This document shows, piece after piece, positions 22,424-36,627 of a stretch of 64,000 nt of DNA. The notes beneath the pieces are model-generated. The model was not told the DNA's origin. It saw only the letters and a program-made list of their open reading frames with translations, and made no database searches. Made by a program: the position numbers and the translations under genes. This stretch comes from Moniliella sp. 'wahieum' (lineage: Eukaryota): contig RSEE01000070.1 in assembly GCA_003971905.1 (NCBI GenBank), forward strand, positions 62,001 to 126,000, given 5' to 3'. How positions within the stretch are numbered: the first letter of the stretch is position 1; the number at the start of each line of letters is the position of its first letter.

Positions 22424-24864
22424 ATGGCTGCCCCGCCCCCCTCCTCCCCCCGACTCGCCCGCCCACAAGCTGGTGGAGGAGCTGACGCGCTGCACCACCC
22501 GCGTCACCCAGCTCGCCGCCCACATTGGCGACCCGCCGTCGGGATGCGCTGGTGCGCGACTTGCATGCCGCCGTCAGCGGCGCCCTGGCCGCGTCCGTTG
22601 CCCAGGTGGAAGCGGCCCAGGCCGAGTGGCTCGCTAAGCTCGCTGCTGTCCGCACCGAGGGCGAGCAGCTGGCTTGGGCCACCGACTGCCCTGTGCCCGA
22701 CGATCCAGGTGGCGATGCCGGCCCTGGTGAACGAGTACGGTCCCGCTCTTTAGGTTTGCTTGCTTGCATGGCACGTGCCGTCCTGCTGACCTGCTTCCTC
22801 TCTAGACTCTCAAACAGCAGTACGACGCGGCGGTGGCCACCATTGCCGGTCTGAGGCAAGACCACGCAGCGCGGAGGAAAGAGGAGCAAGATCTGCTGGC
22901 GCAGCTGACCGAGCTCGAGACCCAGTTGGGACCCTCCTTTGTCCGCATCCCTCCTGCCCCAGCATCGCGCACGCCGACAGCTCGCTTGTGCGCTTGCCCC
23001 AGACTTACCTTGCCTCGCTCCGGGACGAGTGCAGCGCAGCACCGCCGAGCTGCAGGTCCGCTCCCAAACCCTACAGGAAACGCTAGAGGACATTGTGGAT
23101 CTGTGGTCGACCATCCACACCCCCCCGCGCCCGGGCCAGTGGTTCGACGCCATGGTCTGCACCCATCTCCAACTCAAGCCCATCTACGCTCCCCTGCATG
23201 ACGAGGCGGGCCAAGTGGTTGGGTACCGGTTCCAAGGCGAGTTTGATCGCTTCCTCAATGACCAGGGCCGCTTTGACGTCTTTGCTCCCCCCGACGCGGT
23301 CCCTTCTTCGATCGAAGGAGGCTGTGTGCCCCTCCCCGCCCGTCTGGCACCCACTGCCGAGCACCTGTCCCAGGCCTCGACGCTGTACGATGAATTGCTA
23401 ACTGCCAAGACGGAGCGGGAGGCACGGATCCAGGTTGTGTACGATGAGTTGTCAGCGCTGTGGATGGAGTTTGATGTGCCGCAAGATGAGATGGAGGCGT
23501 TTGTGCAGGACCACTCGGGTTCGACCTTGTGGGTGGTGGAACGGTACGAAGAGGAATTGAGCAAGATGAAGCAGCTCAAACGCGAACACCTTTCCCTCTT
23601 TATTCAAAAGGGATGGGAACGTATTCTACGACTGTGCGACCGGGCGCGGATTACCGAGGAAGAATGCCGTGCCCGCTTCCCCCTGCCCGACTTTACAGGC
23701 AACCTCGAAGGTCCAGGTGGAGGCGAGGCCATCCTGGCTGAGCTCGAGGAGATTTTAACTGTGCTGTCCGAGGAGACGGACAAGAAACTGGCCTTGCTCG
23801 AGACGGTAACCAAGTACCAGCAGGTCTGCAGGAAGAGAAGGAGATGGAGGAACGAGCCAAGGACCCGAATCGGTTCAAGAATACAAGGGGAGGCGCAATG
23901 CTACGAGAGGAAAAGATGAGGAAACGGGTCAAGATCCTCAAACCCAAACTCGAACATGAACTGATGCGCGACATTCCGGCATGGGAGGCCCAGTACGGCC
24001 AAGTGTTCACCATTGATGGCGCACCGTACTTGGCTACCCTCCAGAGCGCGCTGGCTCAGCAGCAAGAAGACGCTGCAGCAGCCAAGCGGTCAAGGATAGC
24101 GTCTTCCATGCACACGCCCAGTGGGCGCCCGGGAACGGCGATGGCCAGACCGGGGAGTGCAATGGGCAGACCGGGCACTGCCATGGGTAGACCAGGCACC
24201 GCCATGGGCACACGAACCATGCCCAGCACGCCCATGCCCCGATCCGCCTCGCCCTCGAGACTGGGTGGTGCCGGGGCGAGTGCTGCCAAGAGACCTCGTA
24301 TTGCCACGGGTGCCAGCATGGCTGCAGGCGGCACACCCATGTAGCACGGCCTATGGTGGGCCGTTCCCAGCTTCCCACGCGGACCTGATCCCCGCCTCGC
24401 CCCATCCAGCCGGCTTGGCCAGCAGTACACGTACACGTAACTATACTGCCTCATCCGCTTCTTCCTCCTCGGCTGCGTCCAGCCTGGCTGGCTGGCCCCA
24501 TGGCCGCACTGGCTCGGTAAGTAGTGCCACGACCCATGCCAGCTCGCATGGGCCGGCCCCAAGTGCGCGTTGTTTCAAGCCCCGCCCATCTGTCAAGCTC
24601 GAAACGTACGAGCGGCGCGGGGGACGGAGGAGCGGGCTGCCACCGCGCGAGGAGCGCGAAGCGATGCGATGGGCCGATGAGGCGCTGGAGGAAGAGTTGG
24701 ACGAAGAGACCGGGAGAGAAGAAGGAAACAGGTACCCCCTCCCTTGTTCGTCTCCGAGCAGTAACAGTAGCAGTAGCAGTACGCTTGCCCCCGTCCAACC
24801 TTTGTCGGCTTTGCATGTTGGTTCCCAGCACCTTCCCATGCGCCTCGCACTTGCTCCATCATGA
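22424..24864 (+). CDS. ASE1: Microtubule cross-linker of the Ase1/PRC1/MAP65 family
   Basis: Coiled-coil spectrin-like region (REARIQVVYDELSALW..YEEELSKMKQLKREHL), signature EERAKDPNRFKNTRGGAMLREEKMRKRV..PKLE..WEAQYGQVFTIDG, basic low-complexity tail; intron ~22735-22805. Confidence 0.9.
24127..24210 (+). repeat. 21-bp coding tandem repeat, RPG(T/S)AM(A/G) x4, in the Ase1 tail
   Basis: RPGTAMA RPGSAMG RPGTAMG RPGTAMG in ORF 23844..24344. Confidence 0.9.
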
Positions 24865-26202
24865 GCAACGCGACCATCATCACCCACACTTTGCCTGCGC
24901 CCTCGGACGGGCTTCGGCTTGTGCGTCCCAGCAGCCCGGGCAAGGCGAGCCAACGCTCAGGGATCCCCGTACCGTCACGACCCGCTTCGCCCATGCGCAG
25001 CCCACGATCCAGACCGTAACATTGTGTTGGTGTCGCTTAGCTTGGGTCGGGTCCTGTTACATGTTACGGTGCCTGGCTCCTTTGTCTTCGCTCGGACGCT
25101 TGCTCGTTCCTCCGTGCCCTCCGGCATGGTACGGTTTGTCTTTAGTTGCTTCTTTGTCGCCCCCCGGCCTGGCGTGACGACGTTATGATACCATTCCCAA
25201 TCCTTTTCTCCCTTGGGCTGTTTGGGTGCCTAGCGTGACTGCTCCCTCAGCCCACGGGCCCCGTGCCCAGGAAGGGCTGCCAGTAGGCGAGTGGTCGGGT
25301 TCCCCTTTGGACCGTACCCTAGTACCTTATATATGTTGTTCTGCTGCCATGGATGGACGGACGCCCTTCGTCTGACTGTCCTAATGTCCTAGGTGCATAA
25401 CGTCGTTGAGGCTGTAGGCGGGACGGGGCTTCCCAATCATCCACAAGCAGAGAGAGAAAGGATAGGCGCAGCTGCGGTCTCCGAGAACGGCTAGGCACGC
25501 CTCTGCATTTGCTCAGGATGGAAGAGGAGACTGTAAGGGCAACTGCTTGCTTGCCTCGCCGCGCCTACGGAGACGTTCTGGGGCAATAGTTGTGCTTGAG
25601 AAGGGAGACGGTCTAATGGTCAGCGTAGCTACCGAGACCAGACAAGTCTTCCGGCAGCCACGGCCTGCAGGGAGGACGAGGTCTCAAGTACTCAGAAAAA
25701 GGAACGTGCAGCGGAATGAATCGATTCCATTGCAACACACGCTGAGGTGCACCATTGAACCCCTCACAAAAGGCCGACAAGGGTGCAAGTACAAGCGGGA
25801 GAAGGATAAGCACGGTAGAGTGAGGTAAGGAGAAGCAGTATGACGGGGAGCGGAAGCGGGGGCGATGAAAAGGGGACGTCCAAGACCGTAAAAGACCGTG
25901 ACGAAACATGTACGAAGGGGAAAGGGGGACGCGATAGACAACAGACAAACTCAGGGATGAAGGTGGAGGGAAGGGGCAATCAGGTGGAAAGGCATAGGCC
26001 AGAAAAGGGCATCTGTCCTATCAGCGGGGACATGTGATATACGGCGGTCGCGCGCAAAGAGGGAAGGAGGACGGGGGGGATAAGCGGCCTCCAGCATAAC
26101 GGCGATACACCCCTGATGAATATGGAAAGTCCTTCGCCAGCTGGCCGAAGCAAGGGAATAGAACGTCCCTGCCGAACGACTAAGATACTGGACGGATCAG
26201 CA

Positions 26203-26847
26203 TTAGATCCATGCCAACGTGCTCACCACGCGGCAACCACGACGGTGGTCCAACACCAGGGGGAGCGGAGCCCCGAAGCAGCCGACGAACCGCTCGAGTC
26301 GACCTTGTTGCCGCCGCCGCCGTACATGGGACTTCCATTGACGGGGACCTTATTGATGGAGGAGGCAAAGGACGAATAGCCCGGGATCTGGCTGGGCTGG
26401 ATGATGCTTCCGGAACGGTAGGCGGTGGGGGAAGGGATCGCACTGGAGGGAGGTGGGGTGTAGCCCTTGATAACCTGCAGCGAGGCTGCGTCGTCGTCAC
26501 GGGCCCCCCGGCCGCACGCGCACCACCAAAGGGGGGTAGTGGTGGCTGTGGCCGTTGGAGCGACAACGACGGCGGCGGTAAGGGTGCTGGTGAACAGAGG
26601 GTCGTCGTCGCTGTCGTACACGACAGCCACGGTGTTGCCGCCACGGGTGGGTGGAGGTGGACACGTCGACCAGGGTGGCAAGGGCAGGCGCGACAGGATC
26701 GCCGTCCTCGTCGAGGGCAGCGGTATAGGTGGCGCCGAGGGAGATGTAGGTTGTGTCGCCATATTCGTCCTGCGCGTGCACCACGGCGGAGGTGGCGAGG
26801 AGGGCGGCAAGGGTGAGCGCCAGGGCGGCGCAGGAAAAGGAGCGCAT
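26203..26847 (-). CDS. Secreted, probably GPI-anchored Ser/Thr-rich cell-surface protein
   Basis: Signal peptide MRSFSCAALALTLAALLATSAVVHA-Q, repeated D(E/S)D(G/D)DP motifs, small-residue omega region SSGSSAA and a hydrophobic end ...VVSTLAWI* (needs frameshift correction). Confidence 0.7.
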
Positions 26848-27882
26848 CGGTGGCGGCGGCGGGGGGGGAGAAGAGAAGAGAAGACGAGGAGGAGGAGGAC
26901 CAAGCCAGAGGTGACCGGTGAGGCGAGGCAGAGGGGACACGCGCAGGCGCCTCTGCTCTCCGCCTCGTCCCACAACCGGCTGCGTCGACAACGCCCTTCT
27001 GCCCCAAATCCCCGCAGGATTCCAGGCACTGCCCCTGTGCTTGCAGCTGGCTCAGCACTTCCCCCCCACCGGCGTGATCGGACAGGAACTGACCGGCCGT
27101 CGCACTGCCGCTGTGCTGAGCTGCGTGTGACCAGGGCTCGGCTGCGCCCGTGCAGTCTTGGCTGCCTTGGTCCGGGCACACGGCCTGGCCCGGCACAGGC
27201 ACAGCACCCGGCCTGCCCCAGCCCGACGCAGCGGCACCTGGCCAGTGTGGCGGATTGGACAGCGCTGTGCCGGATGCGGCATGCGGCATGCAAGGGCATG
27301 CTGCATGCATGCACATATGCAGCGTCGCCTGCACTCCGAGATCGTCCAGGTTGGTCCGCTGGCGTGGTGCGGCAGGTCGGCTCGTGTGCTCGTGGGCTGC
27401 GGCTGGCTTCCCACAGGCATCCCTCGCTTTCCCCGCAGCCCCCAGCACCTGTTACGTCAAACGCATCACATGTCACAGGCGTGCCCCCCATGTCTTACCT
27501 AAGCCCTTCTTCTGTGCGCCTGGACGAAGAATTCTTCAACTTTCAATTTTCATGCTCCGCATCGGCAACTTTCACACGGCTGCTCAATATTCAACGTTTC
27601 ATATTCAAGGTTTTGGGGAGCAGCGACCACCAAGCGACTGGTCTGGGATGCTGGTGATGTCATGCCCGCACGCCTCACACCGTTTCAGATGCAGATTGCT
27701 CACGTTCAGAGGCGCATTCAGCGCATTCAGACCCAAACTCTGCCATCCGTTCAGCTCCCATGCCCACCTTCCCCACCACGTCCACCGGCATCTCCCCCAC
27801 CCCAAACCGCCTTGAAGCTTGAGCCTGAATCCCTGGATCCGCACCCGTGCGGCTGGCTCCTCTTCCGTTGCGTTCAACCACC

Positions 27883-29578
27883 ATGCGCGCCTTGTACGAC
27901 ATCGCGTCAGTACTGGCGGTGCTGCTGCTGATCGCGGTGAGGCAGACCCCGCTCGCCTGGTTGCTCTTCCCCCCCTCGAACGACCTTGCGCCGGACCGCA
28001 ATCCCTTCTACAGCGCCCCCTCCAACCTTTCCGCGTACCGTGTCGGGCAGCCGATCCGGTCCCAGCCCGCCACCTACAGTTTGTTGCGCAACGTGGGCGC
28101 TGCGCATCACGTCTTGTACCGCACCAACACCACTCAGCACACGGTGCGTACTGTTGGCCCCTCCCTCTTTGGACGCGTGTTATATCCCACTCACCCCCTC
28201 CCCGTTCGCGTCCCCATAGCCATCCGCTACGGTTGCCACCATCTTTACGCCCAAAAAGGTGGATCCCCGCCGACCAGCTCGGGTGCTGAGTGTGCAGCTG
28301 TGGGAAGACGCTGCGTCGATCAACTGCGCGCCCAGCTACACCCTATCTCGGGGCGTGCGAGCGCCCAACGTGTTCACTGGGATCCTCGATGCACCCGTGT
28401 TGATCTCCATGGCGCTGTCACGGGGGTGGTACGTGGTCGCGCCTGACCACCAAGGCCCGCGATCGGCGTTCATGGCCGGGTACGAGGAAGGTAGGGCGAC
28501 GCTCGATGGTGTCCGTGCTGGCTTACTATTCCTTGGTCTGCCACCCGACACGACTATCGGGCTGGTCGGGTACAGTGGAGGTGCACATGCCACAGCATGG
28601 GCGAGTCATTTGCACGAGGAGTATGCGCCGGAGCTGCAGGTTGTTACGGCTGCGTATGGCGGCACGCCAGTGGACCTCAACACGATGATGGTCAATCTGA
28701 ATGGTCAGGTACGTTGCTGACTTCTTCCTTCGCTTGTTTCCCTCCCTAGCCCGGGCTAGGGCGGGGAGGAACAAGATGGATGGGGCCCATGGCCCGTGTG
28801 GCTGTATAACGTGATGTGGTGGTACCTGCAGGCCTTCAGTGGTTTTCTCGTGGCTGGTTTATCTGGCCTTTTAGCGGGCAACCCAGAGCGAGAGGCCGAA
28901 CTTCGTCCGTTGCTTAGTAAGGAGGTGAATGCGGCGATTGATCTGATGCGGTCTCGTGACTTTTGCGTGCTCAATGTCGTTTCGGAGTACTACAAGTTCG
29001 ATTGGCTATCCACGCTTAAGTTTCCCGAGCAAGAGAGTGTGTTCAGCTACGAGCCGGCTCAGCAATTGCTCCGCGCTGAAACGCTGCTTGCCAATAACAG
29101 GTGCGAATCCTTCCCCTATGATGTCCTTGGCGCTTGCTTGGTACGGCTTGACTGACAATTGTCTTGCCTTGCTCCTGTCCACAGCGCGCGGCTGTCTGTG
29201 CCCAAGTTTCCTCGATATATCTGGCACGCCTTGAGCGATGAGATGGTTAACCACGTGGCGGCTCTGCAGTATGTCGAAGAACAATGCGCTGCGGGGGCGG
29301 ACATTGTGGAGGTGGCGCTGTACCCAGGCATGGAACATTTGATGGCCATGCTGCTCGGTGCGCCACGAGCAATCCGATTTGTTGAGAAGGTGTTTGAGGG
29401 GGAAATCCGCCCCCTTCTTCCCGAAGCGGATCTGCCTGGAGCCAGTCTGGAGGAGAAGGAGGCTCGGCCACAACGGCCATGTGGGCCGATCACCAAATTA
29501 TGGGAACCTCCAGAGTTCTTGACTTCCCTCTCGCTCACAGCCACCACCACCGCCCTGTCTGGGCACGAGGAGTTATGA
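27883..29578 (+). CDS. Secretory lipase (LIP family, Candida LIP/CALA-like)
   Basis: Hydrophobic N-terminus, PDRNPFYSAP, VLYRT, EDAASINCAPSY, GWYVVAPDHQGP, catalytic GYSGGAHA, YGGTPVD, PKFPRYIWHALSDEMV, GMEH; three introns (~28144-28219, ~28709-28831, ~29101-29184). Confidence 0.92.
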
Positions 29579-30530
29579 GGCACAGATCTTAAAAGCCCTC
29601 CAGAGGCATCCCTTCGATCATTCCTATTTTAATAAGTGCTTGCGTGCTGACGGTGGACGTGTGCGTTGAACTTCTTCAACACGAAACTTTTGCCTCAACT
29701 GATGAGGCGCTCTTCCATGGAGTATCGGACCCAATTAGGTAGGGGACGGTTGCGCCACACTCCCTCTGGACCCCTTTTGCTCGCACGCTTCAACCCCAAA
29801 AGCCTACACTGGCCCCCATTTTTTGCTATGCTGTCTCCTATAAGTAAAAGGACTCGGTGGCCCCATCTGGCGTGGTCGTGATGGATTTTCTCATGGGGCA
29901 TTTCTTATTTGCTTTCTCGAAGCTGCCCCTTCAAGCTTCAAGCTTCATTAATCATTGGCCAATGGCCGGTGGATGAGCATGGATGAGCTCTCACTTATAC
30001 TTCCCGCACCGCTCTACTCTGTCCGTATGTGCGTCATGATAGGTGTGTTTACAGAACGGGCACAGTTAAAGGGGGGTCAGTAGTATTAACAGATTGACCC
30101 ATCGTGTCCATCTGGCGGGAGGCGGTAGTGCGTAGCAAGCCAGCTGGATTAGGGTTGGGTGGCGCAGCGGGCGCAGCGGGCGGGGGGGCTGTGTAAGTAC
30201 GTCATTTAAATTTCACTCCCCGGCCTGTCTGGCTAGCCCCGCATTTTTCAGGGGTACCCCAGATGCTGGTGCTCCGTCGGCCTTAACTCCGCTCGCACCG
30301 CGCCTGACCGGCGCCCATTCCCTATTCCGCCTCGCTGCGGCCCCGCGCACCGCGGTGGCGGCCAGCAAGCCGAAAGTGGCTTTGGGCTTTCGGCTTGGCG
30401 CCCGACTCGCCATCCGGCTTGGCCCGATCACACGCGAGCCGACGATATATTAGCAATCCATACCACCACCACACCCCCCACGCATCCATATACCCCTGGC
30501 TTTTCGCGCACCGCCACCACCACCCACCCC

Positions 30531-33070
30531 ATGCACCACGACCTCTTCTCACGTCTCCCCATCGAAGTCGGCCACGACGTGCTCTGCTGCGGCGTCCTGG
30601 CCCGCTGGAGCTTGTCTCTCTCGAGCAGGTGAGCCGGCACTGGCGTGCGCGCGTGCGCGACGAAACGGTGTGGCATCGCCTCGCCCAGCGCTGGGGGCTC
30701 ATCGACCCCTCCTTGCCTCCGGGCGCATCGCTGCGCCAAGTTGTCCTAGCTCGCTCCCGCCACGGACAGGATGAGCAGGGTTGTTTTGCTGAAGCCCAAG
30801 GCTGGCGTGACTATGTCTGTCTCGAAGAACTGATTGAGCGGCAGTTTGGTCAGACGCTGGCCGTTGCACCGCACCAACGTGAGGAACGAGGAGTCAAACG
30901 CAGCGCTCGGATGTGGGATCAAGACCAGGAAGAATGTGTCCACATCGCTCCAATAGCGTCACCTTGCAATCGGTTATTAGCCACACGTTTTCTCCCCTCG
31001 GTATGCGCGACGGAGCAAACCAAGAATACCGCGACTCCTTCCCTCCGATCAGCCCCACATCTTCCATCGATCCTATGGACGATACCCTGCCAGCTCTGTT
31101 GCCCAGTCTCAGCGCAAGTCCTAGCCCCAGTCCCAGTCCCGAGCCCATGGATACGTTCAACGACGATGAGCCTTGGGCAAGCAGGGTTCCACCTTCCTCT
31201 ATTGCGCCTGCTGCAGCTGGAGGCGGGAGCTGGACAAGTGCCCCTATGGTCTTGCCAAATGACTTGGTGGACCCAGATTTCGTCTGTGCCGTACCCGAGG
31301 AAGGGATCTACGTCTGTTCTCAAAAGCCGAAGTGGGTGGGTCGGAGGACGTGGACGATCGATGCTCGTACGTTTGGTCTTCTCGCCCCCCTTCCTACGGC
31401 TACCATTACGAGCGAGAACGGAGGGCCGATACACGTTAGCAAGCCAGCGATCGATGGGACCTGGCTTTCTCACTCTGTCTTTCTTCCTCAGCAAGACCTA
31501 TGGGCATTGGAACTCTTTCGCCTGGAATCCAGTTTGTACCAAGACGAACCAAGTAGTCAGACTGGTGCACCTACCACCTCGCCGCGTAGAGGCGTCTACC
31601 TCCCAATCTTGACTGTCCCCTTGCCCAGGGAAATTGTGCAGACATATGGAATTACCCCGCCCTTGCGAAACTTGGGCGCAGTGCGGCTTCATTACCCCCT
31701 TGCCATCGTGTGCGTCTACCCTCCCACTCTTCTCTTCATCAGCGAACAAGAGAGAGGCGAATCCACTAACCCCTTTTGTCCCTTTCTCCAGGATGATGGA
31801 GCAGCCCGATTTTGACGGAACAGTGTTGGTGGTCCAAGTGTCAATGGAGACGGGCCACGTTCTTCACTGTGTCAACCTGACTCCTCTCCTGTTCCCCCCC
31901 GAGTCGTGGTGGACCCAGTCGCGTGGAGCGTGCCTGACTAACCTGGACTTTGATGGTCCCTACCTTATGGCCCAGTTCAATGAAACGTTGGGATTGACCT
32001 TTATCGATCTATCTCATCCTTCGCCGACCAAGTTGGTGCACGCCCTTCGCCGGTATGGGACATAACCTGTCTCTTACGGAAAGCGGGCCAGAACCGTGTC
32101 AGCCCCCCATCTGGACTTCACCCTTCACATCTTCTCCCCCCGCTGTGCCCACTGTACCCCAAAACTTCCAGTACGAACTTACGTCCAAGTCTTACGTTGT
32201 ACGTGCCGCTCGTTCTCCTTGTTGCGTTTTCCACCCTTCTTTCTAAACTGACGCACCTGTTTCTCCTTCGCTCCAGACCGACTTTTATCGATGGTGGAAA
32301 GACGTCAAAACCTTCCGGATCGACCCACGTTCCGGCCTATTTGTAGCAAGCTTGACAACGGGTAAGTTGGCTGTCGTGCGGGACTACCACACGCTGCTGT
32401 GGAAGGCGGATCAAGCCCAAGGACCGCACCCATGTACGACGGACACGCCTCCGATGATCCTTGACATTGGTCATGCCTCTTCCTCCTGGTCGCAGTGGTC
32501 CAACCGTTCTGCCTGTCGCGACACTCTCCTCTCCATCCGTCCTGGCACCGAACAAGTCGTCTCTGTCTCGCCCACAATCCCGAGCTCATCATGCTCGACT
32601 TGAACCATGTTTCCTCCCCAGGGGACATCAAGGTGCACTGTCTCGGACGGATGGAGGGGGTGATAGTGCCGTATGGCGGACGTGGCAGGGCAGGCTCAGT
32701 AGGCCAACCAGGCCCGGTCCCGCGCCCGAGCCTGGGATCGCACAACGCAGTGATTGAAGCCTACACCACCAAACAATCCCAAGGGATCAAGGAGCTTGTC
32801 CAAGCGCAAAACGTATCGATTGTCGAGGTCAGCGGGCTGCAGGCGACCTGGGCCAGCGTGCATTTACAAACCCGGTGGCGGGACCCGGAGCAGGAACGGG
32901 TCACGTTGACCCATTGCGTTGATCTGGCCACCACGGCGCTGGCGTACAAGGAACCGCGTCTGACTGCCCGGCGTCTCAGCTCCCACCCGATGGTGGGTCC
33001 AGTGGGTGAACTGGGTGGGCCCAGCACAGCGGCCGTGAGTCCTTCTTCTCTCCCCCCCCTGCTTGTCTAG
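30531..33070 (+). CDS. F-box domain protein, multi-exon
   Basis: MHHDLFSRLPIEVGHDVL, then after a frameshift PLELVSLEQVSRHWRARVRDETVWHRL, an F-box consensus; the remainder is a beta-rich region of unknown family. Confidence 0.7.
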
Positions 33071-33792
33071 CGCTTCGCATTGTAGCAGTACCATATTATA
33101 CCTTCTCCGCTAGGCTGTGCTCGCCTGCGTGGGACACTGATGATACAACGAATGGAGATTGAGATTGAGATGCCTCGTGCTTGTTTTGTCTTTGGCGGGG
33201 GGAAGAGATAAGAAGAGAGACGCAATCCGCGTGGGAGCACCTGACTAATGATTGCCTGTTCCATTTCCATGTACACCCACCACAGCCTGCTCCTGCCTGA
33301 GTCTTGAGTAGTTGCTTGCGCATGGCTGCGTCCGGTCTGGCCTGCTTGGGGACAACGGAGCGGTGGAACCCAACCCTAGTGCTGATGCGCACGTGTGCTC
33401 TGAGCCGCACGGCGCCAGTGGGACAAGCAGCCCACCTCGGACATCATGCACCATGCATCATCAATCAGCGATCCTCTGGCCGTGGCTGAAATGGCTACGA
33501 ATCCACCGATTGGAAATGAAGCCGAGTGCCGCCACCTCCGATTTCAATTCTGGGGTGCAACGTTCAAGCTGGACGCGGGCAGCCTGCCATCTACCCCCCA
33601 TCTCGGCCATCCTCAGCTGCATCTCCGCGTTGCTGGGGGGCTGCTTGCTATCTGCTATCTGCTGTGTGCGGTGTACTGCCTGTCTTCGTCCTCTGCCCTC
33701 TTCAAACGCGCACTCGTTCGCTTCCCCCTGCTCGCGTACTGGCTGCGCCCCGCCCTCTGCTCTCTGCCACCTTCCCTGGGGGTATCTCCATC

Positions 33793-35198
33793 ATGTCCGC
33801 GCTCAACGGCACCACTGCCTTCTTCAACTCCTATTCCCCCGCACCCTCGGCACGCGAGGCGGCCCCCACTCCATATCGCCCCGATGTCGCCCGTCCACCA
33901 GCTCTGCTGTCAGCGCTGGCCCGCAACCTGGTGCTCCCTCTGCCAGTGCCAGTGCCAGTGCCAGTGCCAATGCCAATGCCAATACGCATGGCTGCTCGAA
34001 TTGCAGTGGCAACCCAAGACGACGTGCACCTCCCTCGTCCCGCCCTTCCTCCCCCGCCCGCTCAACTTCCCCCTCCTCACACCGGACCGCACGAAGAGCG
34101 ATCAAGATGCCTCGAGTCGGTGCCGAGGAGCGAGGAGACGAGCGACCGGCTGGAACCGGGGACGCGGTCATGATAGACTCGCCTGGTCCCGGGCCATCTA
34201 CCCATTCCCGACCAGCTTCCACGGATCCAATGCAAGACTCGGTCCCTGCCTCTCCACCCACCTCGGCTGCCGTCGCTGATCCCCCCCACTCGACCCCACC
34301 CCATCCTCCTTCCTCCTCTACTGCCCCATCGTGTCCAACCTCCCTCTCGGCTGCTCACTCTGCTACCGCGACAGTCGACACCCCCGCCACCACGCACCCC
34401 GCTAGCGCCCTTTCCACTCACGACGCCGAGAGCAACCAAAGAGTGGTGCCAGCCACGTTGGCTGAGGCCGATCTGGGCGACGTGGTGGTCATGGTAGCCG
34501 ACATGCTCACCCGCCTGCTCGAGCACAACGATAGTCTTCCTGCACCTTCTGCGGATAAGGCAGGAACCAAATGGGGTGCGACGGGCGGCCTGACCCGGTT
34601 CCATTCGCGGGTGGTACCGGGGATTTCGGTACAAGATTATTTGGTGCGCATGGCGCGGTACACGTCGTTGGAAAAAGTGTGTGTCCTGTTGGTGCTGGTG
34701 TACATTGATCGTATTGCCGCTGCGCAGAGCCCGCCGCCGCCGGCAGCACATGGGTCGGGCGAGGGAGCTGGGACAGAGGTCTCAACCGACGATAGCGAGA
34801 GCGCTCTGTTTGCATCGTACCTCCCCAGTTCCGAACCTAGGTTCACCCTCTGCAGCTTGACGGTTCATCGGTTTGTGTGCGCAGCCATCGTCTGTTCCTC
34901 CAAGGCGTTGTGTGACTCGTTTGCGACCAATGCACATTACGCCAAGGTGGGTGGGATCTCCCCTGCAGGAACTCAACGTGCTCGAGCGCGAACTGTTGCG
35001 CTTAATCCGATGGCGCTTGGCTGTATGTCCCCCCCCCCCCCGCTCCATCTTGACTTATCGACTGGATATTTGGCGCAGACATGGCTGACTCTATTTTTTC
35101 GCACTGCGGATGCCCCAGTGCTCGCCTGAACTGCTGGAACAGTACTATCGCTCCTTGGTCGCACGCATCCGGACTATGTGCTAGCTGAGCCGAGGTAG
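33793..35198 (+). CDS. Pho80/Pcl-type cyclin
   Basis: MVADMLTRLLEHND..LTRFHSRVVPGISVQDYLVRMARY..LVYIDR..SLTVHRFVCAAIVCSSKALCDSFATNAHYAKVGGI..ELNVLERELL, last exon ..LEQYYRSLV; start uncertain. Confidence 0.9.
33941..33982 (+). repeat. (TGCCAR)7 hexanucleotide microsatellite in the cyclin N-terminal region
   Basis: tgccag x4 followed by tgccaa x3. Confidence 0.85.
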
Positions 35199-36627
35199 GT
35201 CCCCCTTCCCATCCCGCGCGCTTCCTACTGTCTTCCTACCTTGGCCACCGCTCCCAGTTGGTACCTTGCCCATCTACCCCTGTACCCCTTTTCATAAGTC
35301 CCCCCCCCCCTTCCCCCTACACGACCTATTGTGTCTTCGCTGTTTCCCAGGCAGGCACACTCATCTATCTGATCTCGCGTACGTCGGGTTCAAATGCACT
35401 GGGTTTACAGTAGAGTGTGGGTCAGACGGGGTACGGCTTTTAGCATGACATGGTTTAATCACTTCCCTCGCCAGTTGGCGATGCGGTCCTGAGATCCTTG
35501 AAATCTGAGACCTGACCGGCCCGTTGCGCCGTCGACCTCAGGATCCATCCAATCTCCGGTCCCACTGTATAGGTCCACCAGCCCTTCCACCACAGTGCTA
35601 GCTTCCCCTCAACAGTCACGGTTTGTTTGAAGGTATACTATGTAATGCGGGACGGTAATAGGACTCAGACAAGGAGTTTTTGTTCCTGGATACATCATGC
35701 AACATAATGTGTGGTTGCGTAGAGGGGCAACGTTCAAAGCGATCCATTGTTTGTGTAGGGACTTGTACTCGACCTGGCCACTTTTGCAACCCCTCTTGAC
35801 CTTTTCCGGAGCTGGGGAACAGCGTCTTCCGTTCGATGGCGCTGAAATACGGCGTTGCCGGATCGGAGGTGCAAGTTACAACTTCGCACTCCAGAACAGC
35901 AAAAACTAAAATGTGGTTGCACGTCGAGCACGTCAGTGGCAATCAAACTGAGAGAAGGCTGTCTGACCGAAGGAGAGAGACTTGTCCGGTTGTTCTCTAT
36001 CTTCGACTATTCTCTGCCCACGAGTGAGAGCGCGAGCAGCTCGGCTGTGGGGCCAAACATTCGAAGAACGTCCATTTCAAACCGTTACAACGTCTCTCCA
36101 AGTCGTCCAGCCTGCAATATGAATGCGTTTTGTCGCCATATACAGTGCCGCGTCACATGTCACATGTCACAGATTATGTTGAACCAGTCAACTCGATCGC
36201 ATATGTGGACTCCCACACTATACGCGACACGTGGATGCATGATGCCGGTCCCTCAAACACATACATGTTCCTGGAACACCCCCCCACAGAGTCTCTCGGC
36301 TTCTGTTCCCCGACCATAAGTCAAGGAATGAATGGATCAAATAATCTTGTTGTGGTGTGGGGCGCGGGACAGATCAACAGGTTTTTAAAAGATCATCGAA
36401 AGCATCAGAAGGGAGAGAAGGTCTGGACCATGCTCATTGTGTTGACAACTGGTGGCTTGATCGATGATTCCCAGATCAACTTGCACTCTCAGCACATGGA
36501 GAACGTGCTAAGAGAGAATTAAGAATAGCTGTAACACGTAAACAGGTATCCCAGCTACTCCGGTGGCAAAAACTTCTGATGCTTTTTTGGCACTTGTGGC
36601 ACTGGCAACTAATACAGAGTTCAACTG

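Noticed and set aside
26180..27657. Long overlapping ORFs of ~400 aa on both strands
   Set aside because: Stop-poor GC-rich shadow frames; only the signal-peptide ORF from 26847 looks real.
2190..29578. Lipid-utilisation cluster (bHLH, ICL1, hydrolase, lipase) or RNA-processing cluster
   Set aside because: The genes are interspersed with unrelated housekeeping genes, and there is no evidence of functional clustering.
35600..36540. ORF 36130..36522 and neighbours as genes
   Set aside because: No recognisable domain, composition unlike the core CDS, and it overlaps a 7-mer array; unsupported.
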